Shown here piece by piece: positions 29,122 to 36,673 of a DNA stretch of 64,000 bases. A model generated the notes under the pieces. The model was not told the origin of the DNA. It did not search any database and saw only the letters and a list, made by a program, of their open reading frames with translations. Origin of the DNA: Gemmatimonadota bacterium (GTDB lineage Bacteria; Gemmatimonadota; Gemmatimonadetes; Longimicrobiales; Gaopeijiaceae). Position numbers and translations under genes: made by a program. Position 1 is the first letter of the stretch. Each line of letters opens with the position of its first letter. The DNA is taken from NCBI GenBank assembly GCA_034521595.1, contig JAXHMG010000003.1:2112001-2176000 (forward strand), written 5' to 3'.

Positions 29122-30342
29122 TCAGTCGGGCACGATCCGGTAGACCTCGCCCTCGTGGACGACGACGTACAGCTCGCCCGCCTCGTCCCGCCCGAACGAG
29201 GCCACGCTCCCGTCGACCGAGAGCTCGTCGGAGTGGTCCTGCACGTCCGTGGCCTCACCGCCCGCGAGGAGGAAGCTCCGGATCCAGCCCGAGCAATAGT
29301 CGGCGAACAGATAGCGTCCCTGGAGCTCCGGGATCGCCGCCCCGCGGTAGACGTAGCCGCCGGTCACCGAGCACCCCTCGTCGTGCCCGTACTCGTGGAC
29401 CGGCAACACCAGGCCCGTGGTGTTGCACCCCGTCGATGGATCGAAGCAGTGCGTCCCCTCCATCACCGACCACCCGTAGTTCTCCCCGCCCGGGCTCCCG
29501 CCCGGCTGCACCGAGATCTCCTCCCACTCGTTCTGGCCCACGTCGCCCATGTAGAGGTCGCCGGTGGCCGGGTCGAACGAGAAGCGCCACGGGTTGCGGA
29601 GCCCGTACGCCCAGACCTCGTCCCGGGCGTCCGGATCGTCGAAGAACGGGTTCGACGTGGGGACGAAGTAGCCCTCGCCGGCGAGGTTCACGTCGATGCG
29701 GAGCATGGACCCGAGCAAGGTGCCCGGATCCTGGCCATTGTCGTCGGGGTCGCCCGCGTCGCCCCCGTCCCCGAGCCCTATATAGAGCATGCCGTCGTTC
29801 CGCCCGAAGGCGAGCATCCCCCCGTTGTGGTTGGAGAACGGCTGGTCGACGAAGAGGACCTCGGTCCGGGACTCGGGGTCGGCCACGTCCGGCGTGTCTC
29901 CGGACACCGTGTACCGCACGATCCTCGTGTTTCCGTCCACGTCCGTGTAGTTCACGAAGACCCATCCGTTGCCCGGGTAGGCCGGATGGAACGCCATGCC
30001 CAGCAGCCCGCGCTCCCCACCCGTCGATACCCGCGAGGTCAGGTCCAGGAACGGCTCGGGCAGGACCTCGCCGTTCCGGATGACCCGGATCAGGCCACCC
30101 TGCTCCACGACGAAGAGCCGCTCGGGGTAGCCGGGCGCGGCCGTCACGAAGACGGGTGATTCGAAACCGTCGGCGACGAGCTCCAGACCGATCGGCAGCC
30201 GGTCCCCGATGATCCCCGACGGCACGTCGTCCTCGCCGCAGGCGCCGAGGGTCAGGACGAGCGCCAGCGTGAACGCGCTTCGGCCGACCCGGCAGCGGGG
30301 CGCGGGACATCCTTGGGGCGCTCGGGAAGGGGTCGGGATCAC
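29122..30342 (-). CDS. PQQ-dependent glucose/sorbosone dehydrogenase-like lipoprotein
   Basis: Lipobox LGAC, ERGLLGMAFHP, NHNGG, GLRNPWRFSFD, DVGQ...EEI, GENYGW; GGAGG before GTG. Confidence 0.9.
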   Translation of the reverse strand: MIPTPSRAPQGCPAPRCRVGRSAFTLALVLTLGACGEDDVPSGIIGDRLPIGLELVADGFESPVFVTAAPGYPERLFVVEQGGLIRVIRNGEVLPEPFLDLTSRVSTGGERGLLGMAFHPAYPGNGWVFVNYTDVDGNTRIVRYTVSGDTPDVADPESRTEVLFVDQPFSNHNGGMLAFGRNDGMLYIGLGDGGDAGDPDDNGQDPGTLLGSMLRIDVNLAGEGYFVPTSNPFFDDPDARDEVWAYGLRNPWRFSFDPATGDLYMGDVGQNEWEEISVQPGGSPGGENYGWSVMEGTHCFDPSTGCNTTGLVLPVHEYGHDEGCSVTGGYVYRGAAIPELQGRYLFADYCSGWIRSFLLAGGEATDVQDHSDELSVDGSVASFGRDEAGELYVVVHEGEVYRIVPD

Positions 30343-30388
30343 GGGACCTCCGGGTGGCTGGGTGCGTGCTGTTCCAACTTCACACCGG

Positions 30389-30405
30389 AGCACGTGGTGT
30401 GCCAA
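30389..30405 (-). promoter_or_regulatory. Putative sigma54 (-24/-12) promoter for the PQQ dehydrogenase
   Basis: Minus strand TTGGCACACCACGTGCT has GG-N10-GC spacing, about 47 bp upstream of the start. Confidence 0.6.
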
Positions 30406-30562
30406 GCTGACGGCGCCATCGCTCGATCAATGGACAGCCTCCGTGTGAATCGGGATGCAGGCAGGGGATTCCTGACGAGGGTGCCTTTCGGGAGTGCGTC
30501 GAAGGCGGCACTATCCCAATAACCGCTCCCTTCCTGCCCATCTCACGTACTCGAGGAACGTG

Positions 30563-31795
30563 ATGTCCAATCACACGCTGAGGTCAGGGTTCATCCTGCT
30601 ATGCATTGGCTTGTGGCCCACATGGCTCGCGGGGCAGTCTCAGATCCCAGAGACCTGCGAGTGGTTTCTGGAGGAGACACAACGCTTCGGCGCTGCGGAT
30701 GGGGAGGACGCTCTCACGGGCATCTTGGACTTGGAGGTCGGGCCTGACGGCAATGTGTTCCTGGCACAACGGTTCGGTGCTGGTGTCACCATACTCACTC
30801 CGGACGGCGAAACGACGGTGCTGGGGCGTGCGGGAAGGGGGCCCGGCGAGTTCGACGGCCCGCCCCTGCGGCTCGGGTTCATCGGCGACACCCTGTGGGC
30901 ATCGGATCGGCTGACCGTTCATTTCTTCGGCCCTGACGGTGCCGAGCTACGGCAGGTCAGCTTCAGGACCGCCACCGGCCACGGCTCCCGTTTCGTGCCT
31001 CGTGTGCCGTTGGCGGATGGGAGCTTCCTCGGTGATCGGCAGATCGACCCGAGCTCCATGCGTGAATTCGTCGAAGCCACCCGTCTGCCGCTGCATCGAT
31101 TCTCTGCTTCCGGGGAGGTGCTGGACCCAGTCACTTTGATCCGCGCTCCGCCCGTGGTCACGATCGAGGGCGGTGGCTTCACGTTTCATCCACTCGGGGA
31201 CTGGCTCGGGGAGTCCATGCTGCCCGTGGCCGTCGAACCGGATGGAAGGGCGGTTGTGACGGCGGGGACCACACAAAACGCTGCAGCCGATGCATTCTTC
31301 CTGACTCGAGTCGACATCACCGGCGACACGATCCTTCATCGATCCATTCCGTATGAGCCCGCGCCGGTCAACGCCTCCGATCGCGAGTGGCTCACCGAAG
31401 CCTTCGCGGGCAGCCTCGCAGGCGATCATGACCCGGCCGTGTCGCGGACGAGGGATGATGCGGCGCGGGAGCGGCAGCGGCGAGCAGCACGAGAGGCGAT
31501 CACATTTCCGGACTACTTTCCACCGGTCCGACAGGTCGTTCCCGGCGCCGACGGCTCGATATGGCTCCTGCGGGAACTCGAGTTGCCTCAACGGACAGAT
31601 CGTTGGGAGGTGTATGGCGCGACCGGCGACCTCGAGGGTGTGGTCCGAGTGACCGAGGGGCGAGCCTTTCAAGACCCCTGGAAGCCTCGGCTAAAGATGC
31701 TCTGGGCAAGTCGAGACCAGGTCTGGGCGAGCAGCCTTGGAGAACTGGACGTGCCATACCTGCATCGGTTTCGAGTGGTTCGTGGGTGCGACTGA
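30563..31795 (+). CDS. Secreted 6-bladed beta-propeller-like protein
   Basis: Signal peptide, LGRAGRGPGEF, DG.IWL, C-terminal ELDVPYLHRFRV. Confidence 0.65.
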   Translation: MSNHTLRSGFILLCIGLWPTWLAGQSQIPETCEWFLEETQRFGAADGEDALTGILDLEVGPDGNVFLAQRFGAGVTILTPDGETTVLGRAGRGPGEFDGPPLRLGFIGDTLWASDRLTVHFFGPDGAELRQVSFRTATGHGSRFVPRVPLADGSFLGDRQIDPSSMREFVEATRLPLHRFSASGEVLDPVTLIRAPPVVTIEGGGFTFHPLGDWLGESMLPVAVEPDGRAVVTAGTTQNAAADAFFLTRVDITGDTILHRSIPYEPAPVNASDREWLTEAFAGSLAGDHDPAVSRTRDDAARERQRRAAREAITFPDYFPPVRQVVPGADGSIWLLRELELPQRTDRWEVYGATGDLEGVVRVTEGRAFQDPWKPRLKMLWASRDQVWASSLGELDVPYLHRFRVVRGCD

Positions 31796-31929
31796 TCCAG
31801 AACGAGGTGCGGCGGCCCATCCAGTCCAGGGTTCCCGCCGCGGGACGCCGCGTTGCGACCGGCGGGGGCGACCCGTAGCGTCGGTATCGGGCGCAATGGA
31901 GAAGCGAAAAATGGACGGGAGGGTCTGCG

Positions 31930-32358
31930 ATGTCTTCAGCTCCGCGGTGGATCGCCACATGCGTCGTCACCGGTTGGGCTCTGGCTGGTTGCGAGGACAC
32001 CCCCACCCCACCTCCGGAGCCCGAGCCCGAGCCGGTCCTCGCCGCCATCGAGATGCGCCCGCCGGAGCGGCACTTCGGGATGCTCGGGGGTTCCATCCTC
32101 GTCAGCGCGCGCCAGATCGCTGAGGACGGGAGTACGATTCCTACTGCTCGACGCTTTCCCGTGCGCTTTGCGTGGAGCACGGACGCGCCCGAGGTCGCCA
32201 CGGTGAGCGACTCGGGCCGGGTGACGAGCGTGGGCGAGGGCACCGCGAACATCACCGCGACGAGTGAGGGGTTCAGTGGATGTCTATCGGAGGTGCTCGT
32301 GCTACCCAGGACTTTGTGCAGGCACATGGACTGCCCGAAGCACGCGTGGGGCGCGTAG
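31930..32358 (+). pseudogene. Lipoprotein with an Ig-like (Big_2) domain, probably truncated
   Basis: Lipobox LAGC, PEPEPEP linker, WSTDAPEVATVSDSGRVTSVGEGTANITAT; composition changes abruptly near 32280. Confidence 0.55.
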
Positions 32359-32516
32359 AAGGCGGCGCCGGTCTAGGTAGTCCTCGGGGCCTCGGGATTG
32401 CTGCAGTTCCGACGGAGCTTTGGGTGGGACGAGATAAAACCGTATGGTACGTGGACTCGAGCCTACCAAGACTTGACTCCGTTCCCGTCGTCGAACCCGT
32501 GTGTTCAGACAAATAG
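32280..32516 (+). pseudogene. Possible C-terminal remnant of a redoxin/TlpA-like protein
   Basis: SIG...TQDFVQAHGL...LGIAAVPTELWVGRD..V resembles a thioredoxin-fold C-terminus; no CXXC. Confidence 0.35.
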
Positions 32517-32742
32517 GGCCTGAGGCAAGATGAGGGCAGATGGCGTGCCAAGATCAAGGGGAAGAAGGCAGAGCACCGGGTCCGAGGGTAAAGATGCGGG
32601 ACGACCGCTGCTACGTCACCTCCCGCGAGGTGGGTGGATGAATGCTCATACGAGACGCTGTCGGCTGGCTCTGTCCTCCCGTGAGCGGGACACCGTCCCT
32701 CACAACGGCACGTCCGAACCTCTCTGTCTGGACACGCTTCAC

Positions 32743-33981
32743 ATGTCGAGAAAGCTGTTCGGAAGTCGTCGGATCCTTCCTTATGTGCTCAGCCTCGTCT
32801 TGGGTTCGTGTAATGCGTCGCCTGGACAGGACGAGCGCACAACGGGTGTGATTTTGACTAGCAGCGATTCCATTTGGCCTGAAGTCGTCGAGATGCCGCT
32901 TGAGACACCAGAAAGAGTGTATCCGAGCGATGTGGCGTCGGGAGTGCAGCTAAGCCGTGTAACAGAGGCTCGGCTCCTCAGTGATGAGGGGATCGTCTTG
33001 GTCGATCGGGATCGCTCTCAGCTGATCATGTACGACTCCGTCGGCCAGGTGCAACACGTGCTCGGCGGACCCGGAGCGGGCCCGGGAGAGTTCCGACTCC
33101 TTAGTAGCCTTTCCGTGCTTCCTAGCGATACGGTAGTCGTGTACGATTCGAGCAATCGGCGGATAACCCGATTCTCACCGCCGTACTACGAGGCCTCGAC
33201 TCAGCCCCTGCCCGATGGATTGTTTGGAACGACGCCCGTTTCCGTTTGGCAGCTTCCAGATGGCTCCTGGATGACGTATGAAAGTGACCTCGACGCATAC
33301 GAAGTCCTGGCCCGAAGTCCAGAGGCGGATCTAGTGGGTACTAAGGCGGTTCTGCTCCGGGCAGCGCCAGAAACCTACGAGACCGACACGCTGGTCGCCG
33401 ACCTCATTGGATCTGAAGGCATCCGGGTTGGAAACATGTTTCTCACACCAGCCTTCGGTCGCTCAACCGATATTGACGTGTTAGGTCACACGGTCGCCAT
33501 CGCCATGCCTGATGGTTTCGAGGTCCGAGTATTCGACGGAGCACGACTGCGGCACATCGCGTCGATGCCGGACGCCCAGTCGCCGCTATCCCGAGCCGAA
33601 GTGCGTGACCTTCGCGATAGCACACGTGCCGCGGCAGCCGAAGCAGGCCAAGCGTTTATCGGGCGCCCGATGTTTACACCGGAGTTGCAACCTGAGATGC
33701 GACCGAGTTTTGCGCATATTGTGACTTCCAAGGCCGGGCGGTCACTATTACGCGAATTCGCCCCGCCGGGTCGCAGAGCTGAGAGCTGGTGGTTATTGCA
33801 GCCGAATGGCCGGTTCGAGGGGAAACTGCGCTTGCCCGTGGACGCAACAGTGCTAGAAGTTGGCCCAAGCCACCTCCTCGCCCTCCGACGCGACTCGCTA
33901 GACATACCACGAGTCGAACTCCACAAGGTCGCGTGGGATTCGTTGGCGTTCGCCACTCCTGGATCGGGCATGGGGAACTGA
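32743..33981 (+). CDS. 6-bladed beta-propeller-like lipoprotein, lower GC
   Basis: Lipobox LGSC, LGGPGAGPGEF, DTVVVYD..NRRITRF, C-terminal RRDSLDIPRVEL. Confidence 0.65.
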   Translation: MSRKLFGSRRILPYVLSLVLGSCNASPGQDERTTGVILTSSDSIWPEVVEMPLETPERVYPSDVASGVQLSRVTEARLLSDEGIVLVDRDRSQLIMYDSVGQVQHVLGGPGAGPGEFRLLSSLSVLPSDTVVVYDSSNRRITRFSPPYYEASTQPLPDGLFGTTPVSVWQLPDGSWMTYESDLDAYEVLARSPEADLVGTKAVLLRAAPETYETDTLVADLIGSEGIRVGNMFLTPAFGRSTDIDVLGHTVAIAMPDGFEVRVFDGARLRHIASMPDAQSPLSRAEVRDLRDSTRAAAAEAGQAFIGRPMFTPELQPEMRPSFAHIVTSKAGRSLLREFAPPGRRAESWWLLQPNGRFEGKLRLPVDATVLEVGPSHLLALRRDSLDIPRVELHKVAWDSLAFATPGSGMGN

Positions 33982-34082
33982 ACCCTTTCCAGCGTCCTCG
34001 CACCCACGAGATCTTGACGGCACCCGGGCCCGAAACAAGCTTCGCTCCTACACGGTTTGTGCATTTTCGTGCAGGAGGCAAT

Positions 34083-34337
34083 ATGAGTGGTTCGACGCGG
34101 TTCAACGTTCAGCTTGACGAGGTGCGCGCGGCCAAGCTCCGTGCCCTCGCGGACCGAACGCATGTGAACCCGGGCACCCTCGCACGCTCACTTCTGTCTA
34201 CCGCACTGGACGCGGCCGACCCCGACCCAGCGTCGGTCGTAGCCCTACTCGACTCGACCCCGGGTGCGTTCGACCGGGCGCAGGAAGGTCTGCGCGAGAT
34301 CCGGGCGGGTGACACACTTCCGTTGGACGAGCTCTGA
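34083..34337 (+). CDS. Putative antitoxin (RHH-like N-terminus)
   Basis: GGAGG RBS; RFNVQLD...KLRALA...TLARSLL; C-terminal AQEGLREIRAG...LDEL; directly upstream of a toxin-like ORF. Confidence 0.65.
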   Translation: MSGSTRFNVQLDEVRAAKLRALADRTHVNPGTLARSLLSTALDAADPDPASVVALLDSTPGAFDRAQEGLREIRAGDTLPLDEL

Positions 34338-34340
34338 CGA

Positions 34341-34640
34341 GTGCCGTCGGTCGTCGTTTCCCCCACCGCCAGAAAGCACCTCTCCCACATCATCGCCACC
34401 CACGATCTTCCCCGAGACACGCGAACAAGGGTCAGAGACCGGATCCTGCCCTTGACGGAGTTTCCGCTCATGGGAGCGGAGCTCGCCGGCCGCTGGCACC
34501 GCTTCCGTTTCATCCTCGGGCCGTGGGCGTAGATGCTGATCATCTACTCCTACGACCGGGACGAGGATCGAGTGAACGTGGTGACCATCGAAGATGCTCG
34601 GATGGCGACCTCCGCGACGTCCGGAGAAACCAGTCCCTGA
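34341..34640 (+). pseudogene. RelE/ParE-like toxin interrupted by an in-frame TAG
   Basis: VVVSPTARKHL...LTEFPLMG...RFILGPWA*MLIIYSYD...VNVVTIEDAR; frame continues past TAG 34530-34532 to TGA 34638-34640. Confidence 0.7.
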
Positions 34641-34906
34641 GCTCACCTGTGCCCAGCCTGCCGATCGGGATCGCACGGACACAGGCCCTCACCGTTCCCC
34701 GTCGGTCTCCCTGCGCATGCCGGGCGCCGTGACCGCGCCGCGTCCCCGGAGCTCAACGCTCACGTGCCTCGCCGTGCTCGACCACCGGCCGCTCGATCCG
34801 GCGCGAGACGGCTTGGTGCGGAACAGCCGACAACGAAGTCCGGGCCCCACCCCGCCGAACCGGCGGAGCGGAGCCCGGAACGTGGCCTCGGCCGTGGGCA
34901 GCGAGC

Positions 34907-36178
34907 TCAGCCCTCCGCCGCGAACGTGATCGGGAACGAAACCCACACCGGCGTGGGCTGCTCACGGTTCAGCGCCGGCGTGAAGCGGTACACGGACGCC
35001 ACGTCGAGCGCCGCGCGGTCGAGCGCTTCATGTCCGGAGCTCTGGTCGATCCGGACGTCGGCGACGCGGCCGGTCTCCGAGATCAGGAAGTAGACGCGGA
35101 CCGTCCCTCCGATGCCGGCTTCCCTGAGCAGGGGCGGGTACTCCGCCTCCATCGAGGCGATCACCTCGTCGCGGTTGCGGATCTCGGGCGCGACGGTGAA
35201 GGGCGTGAACGTCGGCTCGGCGGCGAGCTCGGCCGGCACCTCCGCCAGCGCGGGCTCCGGAGACGCGGCGTCGTCGCTGGTGACCGGGCTCTCCACCCCG
35301 CACGCCTGCGCTCCGACGAGGATCGCGGCGGCGAGGAGGCCGGTCCCCGCCAGGCGGGTCCGTGGGTTGATGCGTGTGCTCATGGCCAGAATCCTCCGTT
35401 CGAGGGTGTGGGGTGCTTCGGTGAACGCGGCGAGCGCGAGCGTGGGCCGGCCTGCCCGGCCGGCCACGGTGAGGAGGCTCTCGCCGTAGGCGGCCGGGTC
35501 GGGCTCGCGACGCAGCACCCGCCGGTCGCAGTCGACCTCGACGGCACCCCGCAACCGGCGCAGCAGCCACCAACCGACGGGATTCCACGCGGTCGCGGCC
35601 ACCAGGGTGAGCGCCACGGCGAGCAGGGGGACGTCTCGGGCTCGGACGTGCTCCTCTTCGTGCGTCAGAATCATCCGTATCTGACGCCCGGGCAGTCCGA
35701 GCACCCAGTCGGGAAGCACGATCCGGGATCGAAAGGCTCCGGTGACGGCGGGCCCGAGGTCACGGGCGACGAGCACGTCGCGTCCCTGAACCCGTTCGGT
35801 CCGCCACCCGCCCATGGCTCGGGCGAGCCCCAACCGAGCCCTCAGAAGGACGGCGAGGAAGCCGAGGGTGGCGGCCGCCCACAGGCCGACCGCGAGGGGT
35901 TCGGCGAAGGCCGCCACGCTCGTGGCGCCGTTCCCGACCGTGAGGCCCTGCAGGTCCACGACACCGACCGGCAGCGATCCGACGTCCCCGACCACCCTCC
36001 CCACCGACCGGCGCAGCACCACCGCCGCGATCAGGAGGCTCGGGCCGAGCGCGAGCGCGACCAACCAGACCAGCCGCGTGGGCGCCCCGAAGCCGCGCAG
36101 TCCCCGTTCGGCGCACCAGGCCGCGATCGCAGCGAGCCCGCTCACGACGAGCAAAAACGTCATCACGGAGAGGATCAT
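34907..36178 (-). CDS. BlaR1-like M56 peptidase fused to a TonB C-terminal domain
   Basis: GPAV.G...RIVLP, HEEEH, WNP, EVDCD, LERRI, then YPPLLREAGIGGTV...SSGHEALDRAA. Confidence 0.9.
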   Translation of the reverse strand: MILSVMTFLLVVSGLAAIAAWCAERGLRGFGAPTRLVWLVALALGPSLLIAAVVLRRSVGRVVGDVGSLPVGVVDLQGLTVGNGATSVAAFAEPLAVGLWAAATLGFLAVLLRARLGLARAMGGWRTERVQGRDVLVARDLGPAVTGAFRSRIVLPDWVLGLPGRQIRMILTHEEEHVRARDVPLLAVALTLVAATAWNPVGWWLLRRLRGAVEVDCDRRVLRREPDPAAYGESLLTVAGRAGRPTLALAAFTEAPHTLERRILAMSTRINPRTRLAGTGLLAAAILVGAQACGVESPVTSDDAASPEPALAEVPAELAAEPTFTPFTVAPEIRNRDEVIASMEAEYPPLLREAGIGGTVRVYFLISETGRVADVRIDQSSGHEALDRAALDVASVYRFTPALNREQPTPVWVSFPITFAAEG

Positions 36179-36555
36179 TGGTCCTCCTCTTCCTCGCCCA
36201 GCCGGCTCGCGAGAAGGTCCCGCATGCGGCGGAGCTCGTCGTCCGAGAGGGGCTGATCGTCGACGAGTCGGGTGAGCAGGAGCTCCGAGGAGCCGGAGAA
36301 GAGGCGTTCCCGCACCCGCTTTAGCGCGCTGCTCGCAGCCTCGTCCCGCTCGACGAGCGGCCGGTACCGGTGGGCCCGCCCCTCCTCTTCGTGGGTCACG
36401 TGTCCCTTCTCCTCGAGCACCCGCAGCACGGTCAGCACCGTCGTGTACGCGAGGTCGTCGGCCAGCGCCCGCTGCACCTCCGCGACCGTCGAGGGGCCTC
36501 GATCCCAGAGCACGTTCATCAGGTCGAGCTCACGCGCCGTGAAGCGAACGTCCAT
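36175..36555 (-). CDS. BlaI/MecI/CopY family transcriptional repressor
   Basis: RELDLMNVLW..GPSTVAEV...LAYTTVLTVLRVLEEKG...RAHRY. Confidence 0.93.
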   Translation of the reverse strand: MDVRFTARELDLMNVLWDRGPSTVAEVQRALADDLAYTTVLTVLRVLEEKGHVTHEEEGRAHRYRPLVERDEAASSALKRVRERLFSGSSELLLTRLVDDQPLSDDELRRMRDLLASRLGEEEEDQ

Positions 36556-36578
36556 GCATCGCCTCCTTGCCTGCGTCT

Positions 36579-36637
36579 ACTAATGAGATAGTCGCATACT
36601 ACAACCGGACTCGCGACATGTCAACTATCTTGTTAGT
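36579..36637 (-). promoter_or_regulatory. Sigma70 promoter flanked by two ACTA-N6-TAGT operators
   Basis: Minus strand TTGACA (36624-36619), 17 bp, TAGTAT (36601-36596); palindromes at 36579-36592 and 36624-36637. Confidence 0.8.
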
Positions 36638-36673
36638 AATGAGCCGATCGACCCCCACGGCGACCGCCGTGGG

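Noticed and set aside
34530..34532. Pyrrolysine or amber recoding at the toxin TAG
   Set aside because: TAG is used as an ordinary stop by many genes here (e.g. lysAC, M28) and no pyl genes are in the window
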